Assembly: GCA_964610975.1 (NCBI GenBank)
Contig: CAZSYN010000003.1
Location: 195,955-259,954, forward strand
Length of the DNA stretch: 64,000 nucleotides
From: an uncultured Phycisphaeraceae bacterium
GTDB lineage: Bacteria; Planctomycetota; Phycisphaerae; WQYP01
Direction: 5' to 3'
Shown here: piece by piece, positions 43,852 to 52,350 of the stretch
Position numbering within the stretch: the first letter of the stretch is position 1
Layout: each line of letters begins with the position of its first letter
The notes under the pieces: generated by a model
Databases searched by the model: none
Seen by the model: only the letters and a program-made list of their open reading frames with translations
What the model was told of the DNA's origin: nothing
Program-made: the position numbers and the translations under genes

Positions 43852-44941
43852 ATATTAAATCCTCACGTATTAAGGAATCAATAAGATCACCGTTATATTT
43901 AATGTCTTTAAGCTGCTTGATAGATGTAGAAGCGAAATGATTACTTCGTATTAATACATAAGTATTATCCTCAGAAAAACGCCGAATTGTTTCAGGATGG
44001 TGTGTTGTAGCTATAAATTGTCCATAATTTGCCATTTCTTTTCTTAGTGCCAATACAAATTGCCCCACTTCTGATAATGACAAATGATTATCGGGTTCAT
44101 CCCATATGCATACAACAGGTGAATCATCGGTATTACATGCAACAAGATACGCACTCAGAAAGAAACATTTTTCACCATCGGATAATGAACGAAAATCAAT
44201 AGATTTGGATTTTTCCGCACCATCTTGTTGAAACATAACAACTAATTGCGTTCCATTTTCGCCTCTCTCGGTATGCACGATTGACGAAAAATCAGGAAAT
44301 ATATTTTTTATATAAGAACTAAATTTGGCATAAGCAGCAGGCTTCTTTCCCAATAACCCCCTTAAACATGAAGCATAATTTGATGCATCGTAATTTAATT
44401 CGAGTGATACTTCTTCAGAAAATCCCGTCATATTTGCAGGTATTGGTGAAATAATTATCATTGAAGCTAAATAAGATTTGAAATCTTGAATCACATGTTG
44501 ACCAAATCGTTCATTAATAACAGGTAAAGCAAATACATGCCAATCAAGACCAAATGATTCATTCTTTTCGTATGTAACCTGAGCAAGTTGGCGACTAATA
44601 ATATTCTGACCGTCAACTTTCAAGCATTCCTCAACAATACGCGCTTCTCGAAAATCAACGGGCCATTCAAACCCTATATAATAGTTAAAGTTCTTGCCAT
44701 TCAACTTTGCTTCTATTTCAATATAAAGAGGGCGATTGATATCTACAAAATCACTTTTAACAATTAGTTTGCCCGTACGCCCCGCATTACGACAAATATT
44801 TTGCAAAATTCTAAAACAACGTAAAACAGTGGTTTTTCCTACGCCATTCTTACCAATCAACAATGCGCTAGTGTTGCCAGAAAGACTGAGATCAAATCCA
44901 TCCAAACAACGATAGTTTTTAACCGTTAGCCTATTTATCAT
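43838..44941 (-). CDS. ABC/SMC-type (AAA_15/AAA_21-like, OLD-family-like) ATPase
   Basis: 367 aa. Walker A is LLIGKNGVGKTT, the signature-like motif is LSDGEK, Walker B is VVCIWDEPDNHL and the H-loop is IATTHH. The N-terminus MINRLTVKNYRCLDGFDL is typical of RecF/OLD-like ATPases. Confidence 0.85.
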   Translation of the reverse strand: MINRLTVKNYRCLDGFDLSLSGNTSALLIGKNGVGKTTVLRCFRILQNICRNAGRTGKLIVKSDFVDINRPLYIEIEAKLNGKNFNYYIGFEWPVDFREARIVEECLKVDGQNIISRQLAQVTYEKNESFGLDWHVFALPVINERFGQHVIQDFKSYLASMIIISPIPANMTGFSEEVSLELNYDASNYASCLRGLLGKKPAAYAKFSSYIKNIFPDFSSIVHTERGENGTQLVVMFQQDGAEKSKSIDFRSLSDGEKCFFLSAYLVACNTDDSPVVCIWDEPDNHLSLSEVGQFVLALRKEMANYGQFIATTHHPETIRRFSEDNTYVLIRSNHFASTSIKQLKDIKYNGDLIDSLIREDLIYGVK

Positions 44942-45036
44942 ATAGACCTCTATATGTTTCTAACCCTATGATACGATACTCAGCCCATTTTATCATGAGT
45001 AAGGCTTAATCGATACAATAATGCTTAATTATTCTA

Positions 45037-46014
45037 TCACAGAGCTTTTTCCATTGCGCGCAGGACGTGTTCGCGTGCTTCAGCAATCGGGCAATCAAGT
45101 TTGAGTCCCGCGGCTTTGGCGTGGCCGCCGCCGCCGAATTGATTGGCAATTTTGTTCACATCAACGTGGCCCTTTGAGCGTAAACTTCCGCGGATTCTGC
45201 CATCGGGCATCTCCGTCAGCAGCACGCTAAGCTGAACCGTCGCCACATCAAGCGGAATATTCACCAGACCTTCCGTATGACTCGGCAGCGCCTGGGCATC
45301 GGCAAAATCCTTCTGTGTCACAGTCATCGCGGCGATACGGAAATCAGCACGGTAAACAATGCTTGCCAGCGCGCGCTGCATCAACGCCAGTTTGGCCGGT
45401 TGTTCTGTTTGAACAAGCAGCTCATACAATTCCGCCGGCTTTGCGCCAAACGAAATCAACTCGCCCGCGATGCGATGCGTCCTGGGCGTGACGGAATCAA
45501 AACGAAACCATCCGCAATCCCCCACCAATCCGCACATCAGCACTTTGGCCATCGCCGGCGTCAGCGGCATATTCACTGCATGGGCAAACTCCACCACAAT
45601 TTCCGCACACGCCGCGGCCGTGGTATCCGTATACATCACTGCGGCCATATCATCGTGCGACAGGTGATGATCAATGACCACCACATCCTCTTTGCGCGCC
45701 AGCAAGGCGCTCCTGGCCGACTCAAGCTGACTGTAAACGCTGGTATCAACCACCAGCAGCGTATCATCCTGCGCAAGGTCGCGCTTGCCGATGATTCCGA
45801 TCTGCGCGCCGCTGAGATCTTCGTGCATAAACGCCAGCGTCGGCGGCGGAGCCTCATCCTGCATGATGCATACATTTTTGCCCATCTGTTTGAGCAGCAT
45901 CGCCATGCCAAGCTGACAGCCGATGGCATCGGCATCCGGCCGCTGATGGGTCAAAATCGCCACATTCCGGGCGGTGCTGAGCTTGCTGATAATCGCGCTA
46001 AAAGATTCGGCCAT
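45037..46014 (-). CDS. nrnA: DHH/DHHA1 family phosphoesterase (NrnA-like oligoribonuclease/pAp phosphatase)
   Basis: VAILTHQRPDADAIGC, VVVIDHHLSHDD and the DHHA1 motif GGGGHAKAAG. The ATG at 46014 is preferred over the track start. Confidence 0.85.
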   Translation of the reverse strand: MAESFSAIISKLSTARNVAILTHQRPDADAIGCQLGMAMLLKQMGKNVCIMQDEAPPPTLAFMHEDLSGAQIGIIGKRDLAQDDTLLVVDTSVYSQLESARSALLARKEDVVVIDHHLSHDDMAAVMYTDTTAAACAEIVVEFAHAVNMPLTPAMAKVLMCGLVGDCGWFRFDSVTPRTHRIAGELISFGAKPAELYELLVQTEQPAKLALMQRALASIVYRADFRIAAMTVTQKDFADAQALPSHTEGLVNIPLDVATVQLSVLLTEMPDGRIRGSLRSKGHVDVNKIANQFGGGGHAKAAGLKLDCPIAEAREHVLRAMEKAL

Positions 46015-46122
46015 GATACGTCCTTCTGATTCTTTTGTGTTAAGCCAATGACGCCAGAATGCGGCAACAAGCAGACGCAAAGAGCCAATCGTTACTGATT
46101 CTCCGCGTCCCGCGTCTCAGTG

Positions 46123-47061
46123 TCACCGCGTCTCTATTATTTTTCTGGTATTTTGCACATCTTTTTTAAGTTGCGCCACCAGTTGATCAACGCCGCCGAA
46201 TGTCACCTGATCGCGCAGCCAGCGACCAAATTCAATATTGAGCACCTGATCATAAAGATCGCCGTCATAATCAAGCAGGTAGGCTTCTACTGTTAATTTT
46301 TCGCCAGCAAAAGTCGGATTTGTTCCCACGGATATCGCCGCGGCATGACGTGCGCCACTTGGCAGAACCGCAACGCCCGCGTAAACCGCCGGCGCGGGAA
46401 GTATCTGCGCCGTAGCCACGTTTGCCGTCGGAAAACCAATTTTGCGGCCACGCTGATAACCGTGCACAACTTCGCCGCGCAGCGTAAATGGCCGGCCCAG
46501 ACATTCGGCCGCGTCATTCATGCGCCCATGCGATACCAGAAAACGAATCATCGTGCTGCTGACGCCCGCCACCGTTTTGTCGGCCAGCGTCCGCTCAACC
46601 GTCGGCACAATCGTCACGCCATAACCATAAACCGGCGCGCGCAACTTTAACAGCTCAACTGTGCCAAGCGCTTTATAGCCAAACGTAAAAGAGGTGCCTT
46701 CTACCACGTGCCGCGCGGCAAGAGTTTGCTTGAGAATATCATCCAGAAAACTCTCCGCCGGCATTTTCAGATACGCCTGCGACACATGCTGAACGATCAC
46801 GGCATCAGCGCCGGCCGATTTGAGCAACTCAATACGCTGCTCAAGGGAAGTCAGCATAGGCCGGGGCACATCCGGAAAAATCAGCGTTGAGGGATGCGGA
46901 TCAAAAGTCATCGCCACCACCGGCGCACCGGCCGGCTGGGCAATCTCGCGCGCGGTCGCCAGCATTCTGGCATGCCCCACATGCACGCCGTCAAAATTAC
47001 CCACGCACACCACGCAGCCGCGCATCGCGGCCGGAAAATTCTGCAATTCACGAATGATCAT
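46123..47061 (-). CDS. ribF: Bifunctional riboflavin kinase / FMN adenylyltransferase
   Basis: MIIRELQNFPAAMRGCVVCVGNFDGVHVGHARML..., GYQRGRKIGFPTAN, GTNPTF, VEAYLLDYDGDLYD. The track's 100-aa N-terminal extension is a translation of the intergenic repeats. Confidence 0.93.
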   Translation of the reverse strand: MIIRELQNFPAAMRGCVVCVGNFDGVHVGHARMLATAREIAQPAGAPVVAMTFDPHPSTLIFPDVPRPMLTSLEQRIELLKSAGADAVIVQHVSQAYLKMPAESFLDDILKQTLAARHVVEGTSFTFGYKALGTVELLKLRAPVYGYGVTIVPTVERTLADKTVAGVSSTMIRFLVSHGRMNDAAECLGRPFTLRGEVVHGYQRGRKIGFPTANVATAQILPAPAVYAGVAVLPSGARHAAAISVGTNPTFAGEKLTVEAYLLDYDGDLYDQVLNIEFGRWLRDQVTFGGVDQLVAQLKKDVQNTRKIIETR

Positions 47062-47138
47062 TTCCTCAGTATATACGAAGTGGGAATCCCGGGTAAAAAA
47101 TGCCAAATGAGTTTGCCGTCCGTTCCTTTTGTTTCGCA

Positions 47139-47228
47139 TTTCGCGTTTGACGTTCCGTGTTTTTGACTTGTCTTTGGTTTCGCGTTTCGCGCTTCGGCTT
47201 TCGCGTTTGACGTTCCGCGTTTTGTCTT
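47139..47228. promoter_or_regulatory. Direct repeats containing TTGAC motifs in the divergent ribF/scpB promoter region
   Basis: tttcgcgtttgacgttccg(t/c)gtttt occurs at about 47139 and about 47199, 60 nt apart, within a pyrimidine-rich word-repeat tract. Confidence 0.4.
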
Positions 47229-47264
47229 TTGCGTTTCCCCGTGCCTGCGGATACATTCGCTGCC

Positions 47265-48113
47265 ATGACGCAGGAACAAGACAATAACCAGTCGTTGCCG
47301 GAACAGACGCCGGCCCCGGAAACGCCGGCCGAGCAGGCTGCGAATCACACTTCGGAAATCTCCGCACAAGCGGAACAGGCCCCTGCCGTTCAGGCAGAGC
47401 AGAGCGCGCCTATTGAATCAGCGCCAGAAGCTCCCGCAGAAACCGCGCCGGAAACGCCAGCAACAGAAGAAACACAAGTTGTTGCCGCGCAAGAAGAAAC
47501 ATCAACTCCGGCTACGGACGCCGCTACAGATGCCACCGCCGCTGACGGCGCAGCGCCGCCCTCGGCCGCACTGACCACCGCTGACGCCATGCCGCTGACG
47601 CAGGTGCTTGAGGCACTGCTTTTCTCCACCGATATGCCCCTGAACGCCAGCAAACTTGCCGAAACCTGCGGTCTTGATTCAACCAAAGCCGTCAAAGACA
47701 CAATTGCTGAGCTGAACAAAGGTTACGAAGAACGCCAGGCTGCGTATCGCATTGAAGAACGCGCCGGCGGCTATCAGTTGCTCACCCTTCCGCAATACGC
47801 CGACTACATCACGCGCCTGGTCCGCAAAAAGGACGAAGGCCGCCTGACTCCGGCCATGCTTGAGACAATGGCCATCATCGCCTACAAACAACCGATCATC
47901 CGCGCGGATGTTGAGGCAATTCGCGGCGTGGGCGCGGGCGAAGTCCTGCGCTCATTGATGGAGCATAACCTGGTTAAGATCGTTGGCCGCGCCGAGGAAA
48001 TCGGCCGGCCGATGCTTTACGGCACTACCCGCTATTTTCTAGAAGTCTTTGGCCTTGCGAGCCTTAAGGATCTTCCTAAATCCGAACAACTTCAGGAACC
48101 CAAAAGTAAATAA
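47265..48113 (+). CDS. scpB: Segregation and condensation protein B with a low-complexity N-terminal extension
   Basis: The C-terminal roughly 185 aa (LTQVLEALLFSTDMPL...LETMAIIAYKQPIIRADVEAIRGV...GRPMLYGTTRYFLEVFGL) are canonical ScpB. The first roughly 100 aa are A/E/P/T-rich. Confidence 0.9.
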   Translation: MTQEQDNNQSLPEQTPAPETPAEQAANHTSEISAQAEQAPAVQAEQSAPIESAPEAPAETAPETPATEETQVVAAQEETSTPATDAATDATAADGAAPPSAALTTADAMPLTQVLEALLFSTDMPLNASKLAETCGLDSTKAVKDTIAELNKGYEERQAAYRIEERAGGYQLLTLPQYADYITRLVRKKDEGRLTPAMLETMAIIAYKQPIIRADVEAIRGVGAGEVLRSLMEHNLVKIVGRAEEIGRPMLYGTTRYFLEVFGLASLKDLPKSEQLQEPKSK

Positions 48114-48321
48114 TCAGGCCAATTCATTGCCACGCCAACAATAACAGAACGCCGAGCAAGACCATTTGGCTTGAGCGTTCTGCATTTTACGCACCGCGTT
48201 ATCTGCCAACTGATTCCCATAACTCGCGATATTTTTCATTTTAAGTCATAATATGTGACGATGAGGTCTGACTACGGACCGCAAATAAACAATTTTCGCT
48301 TTCTGACAAGGAAGGTAATAC

Positions 48322-49725
48322 ATGAATTCGCGTCTGTTCGCACTTGCTGCTTTGGGCCTGGGACTGGCCCTGTTCTCAGGTTGCAGCTCACAAAAAGTGA
48401 CCATCGTTCAGCCTTTTGATGACGTCACCACGCAACTCCCGCCGGGCGAGTTTGGCCTTGAAAAACTTGATCCCAAAGATTACCCGGACATGCGTAAGGC
48501 ATGGCTTGATCGCGCCAATCTTGAAAAAGCGGTCCTCAAGTCTCTGCAATACACGCAGACAGCCTCAAGCAAGCGTTTTTATCCTTCAGGCCCCAAAGAT
48601 CCCATCACGCATGACCAGGTTCAGGCGTCACTGTATGACTTTCTTGACATGTTGAGTAACCCGTCCGTCACGCCGGATGTCTTTCAGCAGAACATTTACA
48701 GCCGCTACGAAGTGTGGGTCTCAAAGGGCTGGCTGAACTCCAAAAAAGAACCGACACACAAGGTTTGGTTCACTGGTTACTATACGCCGATTTTCCGCGG
48801 CAGCCTGACGCCGACGGCCGAGTATCAGTATCCGGTTTATCAGAAGCCCAAAGACCTCAAGATTGACCCGATCACCGGCCAGGTCTTCGGCCGCGAAATC
48901 GCCCTGGGCCAGTATCAACCCTACCCGACACGCAGCCAGTTGCTGGCTTCCGGCGAGCTTAAAGGTCTTGAGCTGGTTTATTTCAAGACTCCGCTTGAGG
49001 CTTATATCATTCAGGTTCAGGGTTCCGCCAAAGTCATTCTGCCTGACGGCAAGGAAATGATGATCGGCTACGCCGGCAAGAACGGCCGCGACTATAACGG
49101 CATCGGCTCGCAGCTTGTGGCCGATGGCAAAATCAGCAAGCGCAAGCTTTCGCTCCCGGCCATCCTTGATTATGACAAAACTCACCCGGGCGAAATCGCA
49201 CAATATATCGCCAAAAATGATTCCTTCGTCTTCCTGACCAAGTATGACACCGCCGAGTGGCCGCAGGGCTCAATGGGCGTTCAGGTCACGCAGGATCGCT
49301 CTTTGGCCACAGACAAAACAATCTTCCCGCGCGCATCAGTCACGTTTGTCACCACGGATAAACCGACCGGCACCAGCGACGAAATTCTGCCATACGAAGG
49401 ATTTATTCTCGATCAGGATACCGGCGGCGCAATCCGCGCCGCAGGCCGCGCCGATATTTATATGGGCATCGGTGATCTCGCCGGCGCCAAAGCCGGCCAC
49501 CAGCTTGCCGAAGGCAAACTTTATTACGTCTTTATCAAGCCGGAACTCGTCGGCAACATTTTGACCGCTCACCCGGCCGCAGCCAAACCGGCCGCCAAGC
49601 CTGTCGCAAAACCCACGGCCAAACCGGCGCACAAGCCTTCGCATACTACTCCGGCTAAGCCGATCACGCCGACATCCTCCGGCAATAGCGAAGACATCTT
49701 CCCCGGCGGCAAAAAGCCGAACTGA
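48322..49725 (+). CDS. mltA: Murein transglycosylase A (MltA)-like lipoprotein
   Basis: The lipobox is LALFSGCSS. The MltA/3D domain blocks are FTGYYTPIFRGS, IQVQGSAKVILPDG and DTGGAIRAAGRADIYMGIG. The C-terminus has AKP-rich repeats. Confidence 0.85.
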   Translation: MNSRLFALAALGLGLALFSGCSSQKVTIVQPFDDVTTQLPPGEFGLEKLDPKDYPDMRKAWLDRANLEKAVLKSLQYTQTASSKRFYPSGPKDPITHDQVQASLYDFLDMLSNPSVTPDVFQQNIYSRYEVWVSKGWLNSKKEPTHKVWFTGYYTPIFRGSLTPTAEYQYPVYQKPKDLKIDPITGQVFGREIALGQYQPYPTRSQLLASGELKGLELVYFKTPLEAYIIQVQGSAKVILPDGKEMMIGYAGKNGRDYNGIGSQLVADGKISKRKLSLPAILDYDKTHPGEIAQYIAKNDSFVFLTKYDTAEWPQGSMGVQVTQDRSLATDKTIFPRASVTFVTTDKPTGTSDEILPYEGFILDQDTGGAIRAAGRADIYMGIGDLAGAKAGHQLAEGKLYYVFIKPELVGNILTAHPAAAKPAAKPVAKPTAKPAHKPSHTTPAKPITPTSSGNSEDIFPGGKKPN

Positions 49726-49749
49726 TCTTTCGCAACTTCATCAAAAACA

Positions 49750-49786
49750 AAAAAGCCTCCGGGATAATCCCGGAGGCTTTTTTTTA
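49750..49786 (+). terminator. Intrinsic terminator after mltA
   Basis: agcctccggga-taa-tcccggaggct followed by tttttttt. Confidence 0.85.
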
Positions 49787-49794
49787 AGATTAAC

Positions 49795-49948
49795 AAGCCC
49801 CATTTCCCTTTATGGGATGGGGCACAAACCCATCATCATAAGCAATTGCTCATGATCGCAACGAATCGTTCACACAGGATTGAGTGCTCAATGGATAATT
49901 GATCGCTCGCACATCCATTGTGCCCCGCCCCATCAAGAAGCGGGGTTT
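49795..49948. repeat. ~154-bp MITE/REP-like element, copy 1
   Basis: It has terminal GC hairpins (gcccca...tggggc and ccccgc...gcgggg) and an internal inverted repeat (ggggcacaa...ttgtgcccc). By eye it is roughly 80 percent identical to the reverse complement of 51288..51439. Its core attgctcatgatcgcaacgaatcgttcacaca resembles the core of the 158-bp array unit. Confidence 0.85.
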
Positions 49949-49957
49949 AAAATCGGC

Positions 49958-50599
49958 TTACTTTGCCGCGGCAAAATTTTCGCCAACCTTCGCCCAGTTC
50001 ACCACATCCCAGATCGCCGAAAGATAATCAGGCCGGCGGTTCTGATACTTCAGATAGTACGCATGTTCCCATACGTCAACACCAAATATCGGCTTGCCGG
50101 CCACAGCGCCCGTCGGCGCAAGCACGGCTTCCGGCATAATCGGATTATCCTGATTGGCCGTTGACGTGACGGCAAGCTTGCCATCCTTGACAATCAGCCA
50201 CGCCCAGCCGGAACCAAAACGCTTGGCGCCCGCATCCTGAATCTTCGTTTTAAGATCCGCCAGTGAACCAAACGACGCATTGATGGCATCCGCCAGCGCG
50301 CCGGTCGGCTCGCCACCTTTGCCCTTTGGCGCCAGAACCTGCCAGAACAGGCTGTGATTCGCATGGCCGCCGCCGTTATTACGCACGGCCGGGCGAATAT
50401 CTTCCGGCACGCTCGTGAGATTCTTGATGATCTCCTCAACGGACTTGCTCTCAAAATCCGCCTTGCCGGCGATGGCATTGTTGAGATTCGTCACATAAGC
50501 CTGATGATGCTTGCCATGATGAATCTGCATGGTCGTCGTATCAATTACCGGCTCAAGAGCGGCAAAATCATACGGTAAAGCAGGCAATGTAAAAGCCAT
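49958..50599 (-). CDS. Fe/Mn-family superoxide dismutase
   Basis: [36 protein letters not shown]..., [37 protein letters not shown]. The ATG at 50599 is preferred over the track extension. Confidence 0.93.
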   Translation of the reverse strand: MAFTLPALPYDFAALEPVIDTTTMQIHHGKHHQAYVTNLNNAIAGKADFESKSVEEIIKNLTSVPEDIRPAVRNNGGGHANHSLFWQVLAPKGKGGEPTGALADAINASFGSLADLKTKIQDAGAKRFGSGWAWLIVKDGKLAVTSTANQDNPIMPEAVLAPTGAVAGKPIFGVDVWEHAYYLKYQNRRPDYLSAIWDVVNWAKVGENFAAAK

Positions 50600-50786
50600 A
50601 ACTCGTATCCTTTCCCACAAAAAGCAGCAGATATTTTGCCGCGCGGCAAAACTCGCTGACTCACGCATGTTTCCTATTTGATAGGCGGATATTTCCGCTG
50701 CGTCAAGCAACCAAATAGTCCTTTTTTAAGGATTCTCAATGATTGCCGATCATCTCCTTTCTCCGCATCTCTGTTATACTCATCGC

Positions 50787-51263
50787 ATGGAAATTATCAG
50801 CACTTCAGTTGAGCAAACCTATGACCTGGGCGAGCGCATCGGCCGCGTCGTCCCGGCCGGCGTCACCATCACGCTCTCCGGCACGCTTGGCGCAGGCAAA
50901 ACGCACTTCGTCCGCGGACTGGCCCGCGGCGCACAAGTCGCCGATGTCAATCTTGTCTCAAGCCCCACGTATGTTTTCCTCAATATTTATCAGTCCGCTC
51001 CGCAGAACCTGCATAGCAAAACCGTTTATCACCTTGATGCTTACCGCGCATCCTCTTCCGAAGATTTTTCGGCCGTCGGTTTTGAGGAACTCCTTCAGGA
51101 TCAGGCCATCACCGTTGTTGAGTGGCCAGAACGCATTGCCGATATTCTCCCGCCGGACCGCATCGCCATCACCATTGAGCAACTTGACGAAACCGAACGC
51201 AAATTTGTCATAGAGGCCACCGGCCCGCAATCCCGCGACATCCTCGCGCAACTTTCCGCCTGA
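50787..51263 (+). CDS. tsaE: tRNA t6A37 biosynthesis ATPase TsaE
   Basis: MEIISTSVEQTYDLGERIG...ITLSGTLGAGKTHFVRGLARG...SPTYVFLNIY...HLDAYR...VEWPE is the canonical TsaE/YjeE pattern. Confidence 0.85.
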   Translation: MEIISTSVEQTYDLGERIGRVVPAGVTITLSGTLGAGKTHFVRGLARGAQVADVNLVSSPTYVFLNIYQSAPQNLHSKTVYHLDAYRASSSEDFSAVGFEELLQDQAITVVEWPERIADILPPDRIAITIEQLDETERKFVIEATGPQSRDILAQLSA

Positions 51264-51287
51264 TAATAAAAATTGTTGATCCTCAAG

Positions 51288-51439
51288 CCCCGCTCCTTCA
51301 TGGGGCGGGGCACAATGGGTATGTGAACGATCAATATCTCTTGAGTACTCAATGATGCGCGAACGATTTGCTACCATGATGAGCAATTGTCTATGATCAT
51401 TGGTTTGTGCCCCATCCCACAAGGGGAATGGGGCTTGTT
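51288..51439. repeat. ~152-bp MITE/REP-like element, copy 2 (inverted relative to copy 1)
   Basis: Its reverse complement aligns along its whole length with 49795..49948. It has the same terminal hairpins (aagccccgc...gcggggc and gccccatcccacaaggggaatggggc). Confidence 0.85.
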
Positions 51440-51461
51440 TATCCCGGACCCAAATTAATAT

Positions 51462-52241
51462 TCACTCAAAATCATCACCGCGGACCGCCTGCCACATCAT
51501 CAGCAGCGTACTTTCCTGCTCTTCCCGTGGCGCGCGAATAATGCCGTAACATTCTTCCTGCGCCTTGTGATTAAACGCCACCCACCGGCACTCGGCCGTC
51601 AGCGGATGCCCGGCAATTTCCGCCTCCTGAAAAACATAAACCGTCCGCAGCGGCGTGGTAATGACGCCCACGGCGCCGCGCGCATTAAGTGCCAGCATCG
51701 CAAAGGCCATTTGCGTGACTTTTTGCGGTTGTTCTTCGCGAATCAGCCCGCCTTCGTCGGCCGCCAGCATAAACTGCAAAATCTCTTCATCACTGCGCGC
51801 CAGCCACGTTTCTTTTGCTTCGCGCACCACATTCTGCGGTTGATTATCCACAAAACCCGCGCGTCTCAGCGCGCCGATCAGCAATGCCTGATCCGCTTTT
51901 TTGACCCACTGATGCGTCACCGGCTCATCATCCATAAACCGATATATTTGAACATCACCACATTGCAGCAGAACCGCATCACGATGTTCCGCATATTTCA
52001 GCACGCCCTGGCCATTGCGCCAAAGGATTTTTTTCTCAAACTTCGGCCGATTCTTATCGCTCCCGGCCGGCGGAACAAAATCAACCAGCGTCGCCGCCAC
52101 ACGCATCGGCGCACCGGCACTTGCCAGTTCCCGCGCCACGCGCCGCCCCAGCGTCTCAGGCCGGCGGTGCTGGTTCACCAGCGACACCCCCACCAGCCCC
52201 GCCACCGCCACGCCGATCACAATAACCCAAAATTTTCTCAT
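51462..52241 (-). CDS. Hypothetical membrane-anchored protein
   Basis: 259 aa with an N-terminal TM (MRKFWVIVIGVAVAGLVGVSLV). No family recognised. Confidence 0.5.
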   Translation of the reverse strand: MRKFWVIVIGVAVAGLVGVSLVNQHRRPETLGRRVARELASAGAPMRVAATLVDFVPPAGSDKNRPKFEKKILWRNGQGVLKYAEHRDAVLLQCGDVQIYRFMDDEPVTHQWVKKADQALLIGALRRAGFVDNQPQNVVREAKETWLARSDEEILQFMLAADEGGLIREEQPQKVTQMAFAMLALNARGAVGVITTPLRTVYVFQEAEIAGHPLTAECRWVAFNHKAQEECYGIIRAPREEQESTLLMMWQAVRGDDFE

Positions 52242-52350
52242 ATCCGTATTGTCGCCATCCTGACTGTTTTGTCATTTCGCAGCTCCCCGGCGCATTGTGT
52301 TCAAAACATCCCTCTTCCTGTATACTGATGGGGATAATTAAGGAACCATT

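Noticed and set aside
46123-47367. The 414-aa version of RibF with a K/R/E-rich N-terminal extension (KTRNVKRESRSAKRETKDKSKTRNVKREMRNK).
   Set aside because: The extension is a translation of the pyrimidine-rich intergenic word repeats. Canonical RibF begins at MIIRELQ (ATG 47061).
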